This document shows, one piece after another, positions 16,767 through 25,917 of a DNA stretch of 64,000 nt; the first letter of the stretch is position 1; each line of letters starts with the position of its first letter. The notes beneath the pieces were generated by a model. That model saw nothing but the letters and a program-made list of their open reading frames with translations. It had not been told where the DNA came from and ran no database searches. A program made the position numbers and the translations under genes. The DNA is from Anaerolineales bacterium (GTDB lineage Bacteria; Chloroflexota; Anaerolineae; Anaerolineales; Villigracilaceae): assembly GCA_017882145.1 (NCBI GenBank), contig JADGQB010000001.1:144-64143 (forward strand). Direction: 5' to 3'.

Positions 16767-19730
16767 TTATTTGATCCGTTTAAGAGCTTTATCCAGTGAG
16801 GATAGTAATTCCGATTCGTTTAATGATCCCTTTCGAAGTAAATCCTTACCAAATTCGGTAAGTAGTTTTTGTTGTTCAGGTGTGAGGTCTGCTCCGCTGA
16901 CTACAATCACGGGGATATCACAGAATTTTGGTGTGGTACGTAATTTCTCGAGGATCGTAAAGCCGTCCATGTCGGGCATGAATAGATCAAGGATGACTGC
17001 TTGGGGTGGTTTGATTGAAAGAATTTCCCAGCCTTGAGGTCCACCCTGGGCAAGGATAGGATTGTATTGGCCTTCCCGCAGGATTTTTTCCATGAGCCGT
17101 AAATCTTTCTCGTTATCATCGATGACCAGAACATCATGGATATCTCCCATTCCATTCAGACGATCCAAAGAATTCAATAGATCTTCTTCAAGAATAGGCT
17201 TAACAAGGTAGTCTGATGCACCAAGACTAAATCCTTTCTCATCCTCCTCTAAAATACTGCAGACGATTACTGGAATGTCGCGGGTGTCGGAGTTATTCTT
17301 CAGGTCTGCCAAAACCGTCCAACCATCCCGGCCAGGCATCATGACATCCAGAGTTATGGCGTAAGGCGATAGTTGTCTGGCCCGCTCGACTGCCTGGGCA
17401 GGATCGGTTAAGGCCACCACCTGGTAACCTTGCGGCTGCAGGAAACGTTCATAGAGACTTATCACTTGTGAATCATCATCTACAACGAGGACAATTTTTT
17501 TATCACGCCGGCCTTCAAGGCGATTTCGGCCTTCAAATTCTTTTGGAAGCGGCAAGGTGAAATAGAAAGTGCTGCCCTTGCCTATTTCGCTGGTTACATC
17601 AATCAGACCGCCGTGCAACTCGACCAACCTACGAGAAATCGACAGGCCAAGGCCGGTGCCACCTGTCTTACGAGTGGGTGAAGAATCCACCTGAGAGAAG
17701 GGCTGGAACAACTTGTTCCGGTCTTCGAGTGCAATGCCGGTACCTGTATCTGATACTTTTATGATCACTTCCGGCTGTCCACTTGAATTGGTTTGCACTT
17801 CAGCACTGATGGTGATCGTGCCACCTTCAGTGAATTTGGCTGCATTCGAAAGTAAGTTAATCATCACCTGGCGCAAGCGCATTGCATCGGCACGGATGAT
17901 AGGAATGTTGGGTTCAACCATTTGCTCAAGAGTAATGGGCTTGTCCTTAATCAAGCCATTGACAGTGGGCACGACACTTTGCACTAATTCAGCGACATTA
18001 ACATCATCGAAAGCAAGTTCCATCTTACCGGCGTCAATCTTAGAAAGATCCAGGATATCGTTGATCAGGCGAAGCAGATGTTGACCGGAATTATAGATTG
18101 CGCTGAGGTCCTGTTCCTGTAGGTCAGTCACCGGACCATCAATCCCTTTGATGATGACGCGTGAGAAGCCTATGATCGAGTTGAGAGGCGTGCGCAATTC
18201 GTGGCTCATGTTCGCCAGGAACTGGCTTTTAAGCCGATCCAATTCACGCATTTCGGTGATGGCCGCCTGTGCTAATTCATATGAGCGTGCATTGTCAATG
18301 GCAACCGCAACCTGATCAGCCAGCACCAGTAATACAGCAATATCATCCTGCCTGAAAGCTTCCGTTTCTTCAGACTGGAGGTCGATAACGCCCACTATGC
18401 GTTGACCAATTCGGAGAGGAATGGCGGCCTCCGAGCGAGAATTAGGAAGAAGAGGGTTTACGCGGTAAATTGGATCGACTGCGGTGTTATTGACTACCAA
18501 TGAATTCCCGGTTGAAGAAACAGTACCAACGATCGACCGGGATCCGACCGGAATCGAGTGGCGGCGATGCACCATCTCTTCACCAGCCAGACCAGTGGCT
18601 GATTTTAGAATCGCCGTGAATCCAGTTTCCTCGATGGTGAAAATCGCGACATGATAAAAACCAAAGCGTTCATTGATCAGGTTGACTGTCCGGCTGAAAA
18701 GAGTATCCAGATCGAGGGTCGAAGTGACCAGACGGCCAATTTCTGCTGAGGTAGCAAGGTATTCATTTTGGCGACGCAGGGTTTGTTCAGAACCTTGTGT
18801 TTGCTCGAACAAACGGGCATTTTGGATGGCAAATCCAATTTGACGGCCAATCGTCTGCAATAGGGAAATCCCATTTTGTGAAAAAGGTCCCGGAGCACTT
18901 CGGAATCCACATAAAGTGCCTAGAGTTTGACCCTTCGATTCGATGGGTATACCTAGGTAGGAATAAAATCCAGCATCCATCTCTCCAGTTAAGTCAACGG
19001 GTCCGCCTTTACGAAAATCCTCGATAACCAGAACCTCTCTTTTAGAGAATACGACACCGCATAATGATTCTTCCATTCCTTCCGCCGGATCATCGGGCAT
19101 TTTTCCGGGTAACCCTATGCGGGCTGCTCTTTCGAGTTTTCCACGGGCTTCGTTGTACATCGTAATCAGTCCGCCGTCAAAACCGGCGGCTTCGATGGCT
19201 TGCTGAAGAACGATATTAAGAATTTCCTTAATTTCAAGAGTTTGGCTGGCTGATCCTATGATTTCATTGAGGGTAGCCAGTTCTGCATTTCGCTGTTGAG
19301 TCTCGTTCAGTAACAAAGCGTTTTCAAGCGCCAGGGAAAGCTGATCTGTTACTTGCTTGGCGAGAAGCTGATCATCTTCGCTCCAGGTACCTTTATCAGC
19401 GGGACTGACAACTTCAAGAACACTCCACTTATCGGTTCCGGTACGAAATGGCAAAGTGATTGTGTTCGACTCAATACTCTGATCAATGCCAAGGAGTTCC
19501 TGAGGTATGGATCCCAATGCGCGTGTGCCCATTTGAGAGCGCATACTTCTTCTCTCAGGATGAAAATCCTTAATGGGAATAGTTATTGGCTCCTGCACCT
19601 CGACCGTTTTTTCGAGGCGAGGCTCTGGCCCAGAAGGCTCAGCGTTCAGAGGCTTTAGGGATGGTCCTTCCGCTTGCTTGATATCTATAAAAAGTTGATC
19701 AAGCCGCTTCTGAATTCGTTTGCTCGACAT
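16767..19730 (-). CDS. Hybrid sensor histidine kinase (half-GAF, GAF, GAF, HisKA, HATPase_c, REC, REC)
   Basis: 987 aa. Its GAF carries RFGFYHVAIFTIEE and NPLLPNSRSEAAIPL, the same subtype as the neighbouring receptor paralogs. H-box FLANMSHELRTPLNSIIGF. HATPase motifs NLLSNAAKFT, DTGTGI, GGTGLGLSISRRLV. Two receivers (IVLVVDDD...LDVMMPGRDG and VLVIDDNE...LDLFMPDMDG). Confidence 0.9.
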   Translation of the reverse strand: MSSKRIQKRLDQLFIDIKQAEGPSLKPLNAEPSGPEPRLEKTVEVQEPITIPIKDFHPERRSMRSQMGTRALGSIPQELLGIDQSIESNTITLPFRTGTDKWSVLEVVSPADKGTWSEDDQLLAKQVTDQLSLALENALLLNETQQRNAELATLNEIIGSASQTLEIKEILNIVLQQAIEAAGFDGGLITMYNEARGKLERAARIGLPGKMPDDPAEGMEESLCGVVFSKREVLVIEDFRKGGPVDLTGEMDAGFYSYLGIPIESKGQTLGTLCGFRSAPGPFSQNGISLLQTIGRQIGFAIQNARLFEQTQGSEQTLRRQNEYLATSAEIGRLVTSTLDLDTLFSRTVNLINERFGFYHVAIFTIEETGFTAILKSATGLAGEEMVHRRHSIPVGSRSIVGTVSSTGNSLVVNNTAVDPIYRVNPLLPNSRSEAAIPLRIGQRIVGVIDLQSEETEAFRQDDIAVLLVLADQVAVAIDNARSYELAQAAITEMRELDRLKSQFLANMSHELRTPLNSIIGFSRVIIKGIDGPVTDLQEQDLSAIYNSGQHLLRLINDILDLSKIDAGKMELAFDDVNVAELVQSVVPTVNGLIKDKPITLEQMVEPNIPIIRADAMRLRQVMINLLSNAAKFTEGGTITISAEVQTNSSGQPEVIIKVSDTGTGIALEDRNKLFQPFSQVDSSPTRKTGGTGLGLSISRRLVELHGGLIDVTSEIGKGSTFYFTLPLPKEFEGRNRLEGRRDKKIVLVVDDDSQVISLYERFLQPQGYQVVALTDPAQAVERARQLSPYAITLDVMMPGRDGWTVLADLKNNSDTRDIPVIVCSILEEDEKGFSLGASDYLVKPILEEDLLNSLDRLNGMGDIHDVLVIDDNEKDLRLMEKILREGQYNPILAQGGPQGWEILSIKPPQAVILDLFMPDMDGFTILEKLRTTPKFCDIPVIVVSGADLTPEQQKLLTEFGKDLLRKGSLNESELLSSLDKALKRIK

Positions 19731-20484
19731 ATTGGATCAGCTCCTCAGCCAGGCTCCGATATTGGAGAGCACCACGGCTGTGCGGTTTATATTGCGTAAT
19801 GGAAAGACCAAGGATGGGACTCTCGCGCAGTTTGGTATCAATTTCAATGACTGTTTTGAATAGACCAATTCCAAACGTACGTTCCAGTTGGTCGCGAATA
19901 TCCCGATGGGTGCGGTTACGTTGGTCAAGCAGAGTAACAAGAATGCGATAGGCTAATTTTGGGTTGTCTTCGCTGCGTACCTGTCGAATGATGGACATCA
20001 TGTCGCGCAAGGCATATGCCGAAAAATATTCAGCTTGAGTAGGAACAATCAGCAAGTCGGCCGCCGTTAGAGCATTGATTGTTATTGCTCCCAAAGAAGG
20101 TGGACAATCAATCAGGATGATATGGTAAGGCAGGTTACTTTCGCTTTCGATCGCAGTGCGCAACCGGGAGGTGTAATTCAAATAAATGGGTAAAACCTGT
20201 TCAGCCTGTTCCAAACCGGTACTTGCCGGAATAAGGTCGACACCCGGAATATTGGTTGCCTGGCACGATTCCAGTAGCGGTGCAGAGTCTAGCAGTACAT
20301 CGCCAGAGGTGTGTTCCATTTTGCCGGGCTCAAATCCTAATGCAAGGGTCAAGTTTGCCTGCGGATCGAGATCGATAAGCAGGACCTTTTGGGCAGCTTC
20401 GGCGAGCGCTGCACCTAAAGATAGGGTGGAGGTCGTCTTGGCGACGCCGCCTTTTTCATTGGAAATTGCGATTATATATGCCAT
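19699..20484 (-). CDS. ParA/MinD-family P-loop ATPase (orphan, no ParB nearby)
   Basis: 261 aa with deviant Walker A SNEKGGVAKTT, then LLIDLDPQANLT and IILIDCPPSLG. The 3-prime end overlaps the start of the hybrid kinase by 32 nt. Confidence 0.85.
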   Translation of the reverse strand: MAYIIAISNEKGGVAKTTSTLSLGAALAEAAQKVLLIDLDPQANLTLALGFEPGKMEHTSGDVLLDSAPLLESCQATNIPGVDLIPASTGLEQAEQVLPIYLNYTSRLRTAIESESNLPYHIILIDCPPSLGAITINALTAADLLIVPTQAEYFSAYALRDMMSIIRQVRSEDNPKLAYRILVTLLDQRNRTHRDIRDQLERTFGIGLFKTVIEIDTKLRESPILGLSITQYKPHSRGALQYRSLAEELIQYVEQTNSEAA

Positions 20485-20505
20485 GGTTTCTCTCAGAGAG
20501 AATTC

Positions 20506-21972
20506 CTATACTACTTCCGCCGGCTTGGATGGTTTGTGCCTTTTAAGGTTGGGTTGATTTTCGTTATTTTGGGTTACAGGCGAGGAATAAGGGCGGATGT
20601 GAATATTATCAGCGCCCAAGGCTCGCTTGAGCTCATCCAATGCAGTTTGGAGCATTACTTCCGGGTCGGTGGTACTACGGATGCGGGTGGTTATTTCAGA
20701 AACTGTGCGCTCACGATTTGCACGGCCCGTAGTCTCTTCGAATAGGCGTGCATTTTCCAGCGCCAATCCCACACGGTCTGCAATTGCCTGGATGATGCTG
20801 ATCTCTTCTACCTGCCACACACGATCTGGATCCGTTGAACGGATATCCAGTATACCGATGATCTGTTCGTGTACCCGTAAAGGAATCGCCACTGCTGCTT
20901 CACGGTTGGAGTTTTTATCTGAAGCGAGAATAACAGTTTCCCCATTTTTAATTGCTTGTTGGGCTTCTTCCCACTCGATTGGATCAGTGAGTCTTTTATC
21001 ACCAGTTATCGTGTGGAGATAGCCAAGCTGCTGCTCCCTGGATACCTTTTCCCAGGCTTGAGAACTAAATCGCCTGGAAAATGCCTGGGCTTCAGCCAAA
21101 GCGCGTTGCGTTTCACTATACAGCTGTGAATTTTCGATGGCAATGGCGATCTGATCTGCAAGGATCGCGAGCGTATTCGACCTTTCTTTTGAAAAGGCAT
21201 CTGGGTCCTTGCTCTGCGCGTCGATAACGCCGATTATTTGATTCCGTACCCGCAACGGCAAGGCAATTTCCGAGCGCGTTTCAGGCAAATTTGGGTTATT
21301 AAAATACACTGCGTCTTCACCAACCTCTGAAGCTATGCGCGCTATCCCTGTGGCCGCAACATTTCCCACAATCCCAACCTGCCCGACCTCCAACCGATGG
21401 GCGCGTTCCAGCATGCGTTGACCTTCGACGCTGTTCGAGGCCTTCAAAACGGCAAATTTCCTGGCCTCGTCCAGAAGGAAAATGCCCACGTGGTAGAAGC
21501 CAAACCTTTCGCTCAAAAGCCGGGTTATCAAGGGAAGTAATTTTTCAATATCCTGTTCCATGGACATTACCCGGGCTACTTCTGAAATAAGTTGAAGCTC
21601 TTCAGCAGCAAACTTTAATTTGAGGGCGTCCAAACGGCGTCCTTCAATCTCGGCTTTCAAATCCTGATTGAGCCCTTGAAGTTCGGAGATTCTTTCTGTT
21701 ACTGTCTGCTCAAGGTGCGTTTTAATCTGAATCAAACTATCTTCGCGCTTGCCAGCTACGCTTAAGGTCAGTCCCAAGAATATTGGGGCGGAATCAATTA
21801 TCCATAAAAGTTTTTGGCTTTGCTGCGCCTCTACAAAAGCCGCCCATCCAATCGGTAGATGGTTTATCCAGGCATAAAGAAGCATTCCCAGGATTGGAAA
21901 GAGACATCCAGATAGAATCCCAAATATAGTATAACGAAATGTCGAAGTTTTAAGAATGGACGTGCGTTTCAT
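20506..21972 (-). CDS. Membrane GAF-GAF signalling protein, paralog 7 (2 TM, coiled coil, GAF, short GAF-like module, truncated GAF start)
   Basis: 488 aa with RFGFYHVGIFLLDE (codons at 21490-21507), NPNLPETRSEIALPL and ADQIAIAIENSQLY. Second module ends AVAIPLRVHEQIIGILDI...LALENARLFEE. Tail is RERTVSEITTRIRSTTDPEVMLQTALDELKRALGADNIHIRP. I recognised no kinase, cyclase, MCP or DNA-binding output. Confidence 0.85.
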   Translation of the reverse strand: MKRTSILKTSTFRYTIFGILSGCLFPILGMLLYAWINHLPIGWAAFVEAQQSQKLLWIIDSAPIFLGLTLSVAGKREDSLIQIKTHLEQTVTERISELQGLNQDLKAEIEGRRLDALKLKFAAEELQLISEVARVMSMEQDIEKLLPLITRLLSERFGFYHVGIFLLDEARKFAVLKASNSVEGQRMLERAHRLEVGQVGIVGNVAATGIARIASEVGEDAVYFNNPNLPETRSEIALPLRVRNQIIGVIDAQSKDPDAFSKERSNTLAILADQIAIAIENSQLYSETQRALAEAQAFSRRFSSQAWEKVSREQQLGYLHTITGDKRLTDPIEWEEAQQAIKNGETVILASDKNSNREAAVAIPLRVHEQIIGILDIRSTDPDRVWQVEEISIIQAIADRVGLALENARLFEETTGRANRERTVSEITTRIRSTTDPEVMLQTALDELKRALGADNIHIRPYSSPVTQNNENQPNLKRHKPSKPAEVV

Positions 21973-22055
21973 GCTGACTCCTGTAAATTCGCAGCGTGAT
22001 TAGAAACTCGAAAGGATCCATAAGGAAGCTACGTAGATTGCATTTGATTATCCGG

Positions 22056-24896
22056 TTACTCGTCTGTACTCTTAAGTTGAACCAAAATATTGGTACCGGT
22101 AAATACCTTACTTAGCTCTTCAGCAGTCGTCCTCAAAATGCTTTCCATACGCAGCGACCCGCCTATTCGGCCGGAAATTTCCGAAATCGTCGCGTCCCGC
22201 TGTGCTCGCAGGCTGATGTCTTGATATAGACGGGCGCTCTCAAGGGCAGCCCCCAATTGGATGGAGAGCTCATCCGCCATCCCGATGGTCTCGGGTGTCC
22301 ATTGGCCACTGCCTTCAGGTTTTTCCATGCGGATGGCACCAATGCTTTGACCGCGGATCTTGACTGGCAGGTGCAAAACTGTGCCATCTTCTTCAAGTAC
22401 GTTTTCGCCGGTTTGAATGGCCTGCAGGAAAGCAGGGCTCGCATTTTCCGACACAGGCGATGTTTGACCTTCGGAAAGGCTGGCGTAACCGACTGTCTTC
22501 AATCTCTCGCGTAACAAACGCTGCCAGCCTTCGGCACTTAGATTTCCATAGGCACGCTGAGCCGTTTCCAGGGCTTTCTGGTTCTCAGAGAACAAGCGTG
22601 CATTCTCGATTGCAATGGCGATCTGATCGGCGAGTACTTTTAATGTTGTGACATCTTCCTGGGAGAAAGCAGATTCTTGAGAGCTCTGGATATCGAGGGC
22701 GCCCAGGATCCTGCCTCCAACGATGAGTGGAAGGGCCATTTCGGATTGAGTAGTAGGCAGATCCGGGTTATTAAAGTATTGAATATCTTCACCAACATTC
22801 AAGGCAATACGGGCTTCTCCAGCGCCGGTCACATACCCTACAATACCGACATGCCCAACTTTCAATTTATGGCCGCGAGTGAGCATGCGCTGTCCGCCTT
22901 CACTGTTGGAGGCGCGCAGGACGGCGTATTCACCGCGCTCGTCCAAAAGGAAAATGCCCACATGGTAGAAACCAAAGCGCTGGCTGATCAAGCGGGTTAC
23001 CTGGCGCAAAAGTTCGTCCAGGTCGCGCAAGCGGGCGGCTGTGCCACCAACGTCGGCAGCAGCCTGGAGTTGGATCGCGCGTCGTTCCAGTGCCTGGGTA
23101 CGTTCGGCCACACGTTGTTCAAGGTTTCCAATCAGGTCGCGAACGCGTCCAGTCATTGAATTAAAGGTTTTTGCCAACTCGCCGATTTCATCCTGGGTAT
23201 GGATAGTCGCATTTGCGTTGATATCACCTTGAGCTATTTGCTCAGAGGTACGCGTCAGACTCAGGATGGGAGCGATCAGGACCTGGGTTAAGCCCAGGGC
23301 GATACCAATACTAATCAGACTGATCAAAATGCTGATAAGCACCACATTTTGGGTTTGTTTTTGTACCGGAGCAAGCAGAGTTGTTTGAGGTACATAAGTG
23401 ACAACATGCCAATTTGTACTGGGCAGAATTGCTGCTCCGGCCTGGTCCACATTCGAACTGGCAACTGCAGCTTGTTGTTGTGGATGAAAATTGCCCGTGA
23501 AGTATTGGGTTGTAGCCAGATCTTTCAATCCGGAAGTCAGCCCATCCATGTGAACAGTTAATTGTTCGGGCGGCAGATTTTGCAAGCGGTTATCATAGAT
23601 CAAACTGTAGATCGTATTGTTGTTGGGCGGATTGACAATTCTATAAACCAATTCCGGAGCAGAACTATGCGCAATAATGATGTTGTTATCATCCAACAAC
23701 ATCGCAGACACATCAGGGCCGAGCTTGGCGCTATTTCGGACGATGGATTGCTGGAAGATTGATGCGGAATACGAGATATCCAGTATGCCAATAGTGATTC
23801 CAGCTGCAGACCGAATTGGTGCGCTGAATTGAATGATACCGCCTCCATTACTAGTAATACTAATCGGCGAAGCGAAGGGATATCCGCTCTGGAAGGGGGT
23901 TAGAAAGTGATTTAAAGAAGATTCAAATTTCGCAATCTCAGCCGGGTTGGTACTAAGCTGTACCATGCCAAACCGGTCAAGCAATTTACACGAAATGATG
24001 TTGATAGGATCTCTCTTTAATAGGGCGAGCAGGGTAGCGGCTCCCACGCGTTGCAAGTCGGTGTCGCGCGGTAATAACAATCCTTGATTGGCCGCGCTTG
24101 AAGCCGGCTGGCCCAGATAGCTAATAAAGGCTGGATCCAAGGCAGCCGTCCGTGTTATGTCAAGGTTGGTCTGAATGAAAGAATTGATGGATAACGCCAG
24201 TTGATCGGATGAAAGCACCAGACTTTGGTCAGCTTGATTGATCAGGTTCGATTGAATGTTGCGGCTTGTAATGGAAGTGATGATCGAAGTAGGGACAACT
24301 GTCAAGAGTCCCAATACCAGGATCATCTTAACCCGAAAGGCATAATTATTGAGATTAAATGCGACGTAAATGCCGAACAGAATCGCGATTATTACTGACG
24401 CCCATTGAGCAATCATGGCGGTCTGTGCACTTGCCCCCGTGAGGGAGCCGGCTGTTTTTAGTGTTCCAAAAAATTGTATGGCAGACCTGCCAAGAATTGA
24501 CAGTATAACGGTCCAGGTAAACTCCCTTTCGGAGAAGGACTGAATCGCTATCATGATCGGTATGACCACAATCACCAATTCAGCAACTGAAGAGTAAGTC
24601 GATTGGGCCGAGACGATTGCAATAACCAGGAAACCAATAAATACAGCCGCAATCATTAGATAGCTTGCCAGACGAATCCTACCTTTCCAGGCAAAAGCTA
24701 ATGCAATACAACCCAGGATGCTTAGGATAATTGGGATGGGGTTAACGATAAATTCCCGGATATCTTTTGGCGCCAACAAATCCCCGATTGAGGCCAGACT
24801 GAAAACCACAAATGCCAAGGTGGTAAACCCCAGAGTGATGAGCAACCTTCGTGTTCTTGGAGGAAAAGTAACAAACCAGTTTCTTAGCTTCTGCAT
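22056..24896 (-). CDS. Membrane GAF-GAF signalling protein, paralog 6 (multi-TM, large extracytoplasmic Cache-like region, HAMP, GAF, GAF-like module, truncated GAF start)
   Basis: 946 aa. HAMP is LIAPILSLTRTSEQIAQGDINA...DEIGELAKTFNSMTGRV. GAF has RFGFYHVGIFLLDE and NPDLPTTQSEMALPL. Tail is RDATISEISGRIGGSLRMESILRTTAEELSKVF. Confidence 0.85.
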   Translation of the reverse strand: MQKLRNWFVTFPPRTRRLLITLGFTTLAFVVFSLASIGDLLAPKDIREFIVNPIPIILSILGCIALAFAWKGRIRLASYLMIAAVFIGFLVIAIVSAQSTYSSVAELVIVVIPIMIAIQSFSEREFTWTVILSILGRSAIQFFGTLKTAGSLTGASAQTAMIAQWASVIIAILFGIYVAFNLNNYAFRVKMILVLGLLTVVPTSIITSITSRNIQSNLINQADQSLVLSSDQLALSINSFIQTNLDITRTAALDPAFISYLGQPASSAANQGLLLPRDTDLQRVGAATLLALLKRDPINIISCKLLDRFGMVQLSTNPAEIAKFESSLNHFLTPFQSGYPFASPISITSNGGGIIQFSAPIRSAAGITIGILDISYSASIFQQSIVRNSAKLGPDVSAMLLDDNNIIIAHSSAPELVYRIVNPPNNNTIYSLIYDNRLQNLPPEQLTVHMDGLTSGLKDLATTQYFTGNFHPQQQAAVASSNVDQAGAAILPSTNWHVVTYVPQTTLLAPVQKQTQNVVLISILISLISIGIALGLTQVLIAPILSLTRTSEQIAQGDINANATIHTQDEIGELAKTFNSMTGRVRDLIGNLEQRVAERTQALERRAIQLQAAADVGGTAARLRDLDELLRQVTRLISQRFGFYHVGIFLLDERGEYAVLRASNSEGGQRMLTRGHKLKVGHVGIVGYVTGAGEARIALNVGEDIQYFNNPDLPTTQSEMALPLIVGGRILGALDIQSSQESAFSQEDVTTLKVLADQIAIAIENARLFSENQKALETAQRAYGNLSAEGWQRLLRERLKTVGYASLSEGQTSPVSENASPAFLQAIQTGENVLEEDGTVLHLPVKIRGQSIGAIRMEKPEGSGQWTPETIGMADELSIQLGAALESARLYQDISLRAQRDATISEISGRIGGSLRMESILRTTAEELSKVFTGTNILVQLKSTDE

Positions 24897-24942
24897 TTTA
24901 TATCCTGTCTACCCGGGAATCTTTCAGGAGATGACATTCTTC

Positions 24943-25917
24943 CTACTTAAAATAAGTCGGATCCAGCAAGGCGCCAACATCGGGTGGATTGGTGATATAT
25001 CCCATTGTTATAAGAAAATTACGGTTGAACCTGGCAATATAATAAATCGAACTGGGATCGTTGCCCAAGGTATTGCCGAAAAGTTTGGTATTATCCTTGA
25101 TCGTATAGATTGAATACTCCTGGGACAAATTCAGATTACCCGCAGGCAGACCGGTCACATTTGATATGATTGCGAGTGATTCCTGCGGGTTACTGATCCG
25201 ATAATTAACCGCTTCTTCCCAGGCCAAAATAAAAGCACGAATATCGTTGGGGCGTTGATCAACCACAGCTTTACGGAAAACCACCATTCTAGGAATCAGG
25301 GATGAATCGTATGTACTTTGATACACGATGTTCATCCCTTGTTGGAGGGCTTGTGAGGTATAAGGTTCCCAAACCATCCCGGCATCAATTTGTCCCGGAA
25401 TTGCTTTAAGAACCTGATCAGGTGACATTTCCACATAAATCACATCATTCGAGGTCATGCGGCCGCTTTCAAGCATGGAAGAAACATACATTTCACTCGA
25501 TGAGTGCAGGTTTAGCCCGATACGTTTTCCGCGCAGGGCTTGAACGGATTGGATATCAGGCGCTGCAACAATTGTAAATTGACCTCCATTATCACTGACC
25601 AGGATGGCTTTTAGATCAGCCATGCTCGCAGCCAGTAATACATCGCTCATTGGAAAAAGCCCGCCATCCAATTTCGCGCCTGCCAGATCGGGAATTGCCT
25701 GTGCAGAAGAATCATAACGGACCGGTTCGACATTCACGCCATGTTTTTTGAAGAATCCCATTTGGTTGGCAACCAGCAAAGTGTAATCTCCCTGCCATAA
25801 ACTCCATTCAACCTTAAGGGGTTTACTCGCAGGCGCCGATGAACCGCTTGCACAGGAGGCCGATAAACACAGCATAAAGACGAGCAGCAATCCAATCGCC
25901 GAGGTCTTCTTATTCAT
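24943..25917 (-). CDS. Orphan periplasmic substrate-binding protein, NMT1/THI5-SsuA/TauA-like (NitT/TauT family), probable lipoprotein
   Basis: 324 aa. Signal peptide with Cys (LLLVFMLCLSASCASG). Type-2 SBP pattern (GKRIGLNLHSSSEMY..., WEPYTSQA). The start overlaps the upstream GAF gene by 8 nt. No ABC permease or ATPase lies in the window. Confidence 0.75.
   Translation of the reverse strand: MNKKTSAIGLLLVFMLCLSASCASGSSAPASKPLKVEWSLWQGDYTLLVANQMGFFKKHGVNVEPVRYDSSAQAIPDLAGAKLDGGLFPMSDVLLAASMADLKAILVSDNGGQFTIVAAPDIQSVQALRGKRIGLNLHSSSEMYVSSMLESGRMTSNDVIYVEMSPDQVLKAIPGQIDAGMVWEPYTSQALQQGMNIVYQSTYDSSLIPRMVVFRKAVVDQRPNDIRAFILAWEEAVNYRISNPQESLAIISNVTGLPAGNLNLSQEYSIYTIKDNTKLFGNTLGNDPSSIYYIARFNRNFLITMGYITNPPDVGALLDPTYFK

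Noticed and set aside
19699-20484. ParA as a chromosome or plasmid partition locus
   Set aside because: No ParB gene, no parS-like inverted repeats and no replication genes are nearby. The context argues for a non-partition cargo-positioning role (see findings).
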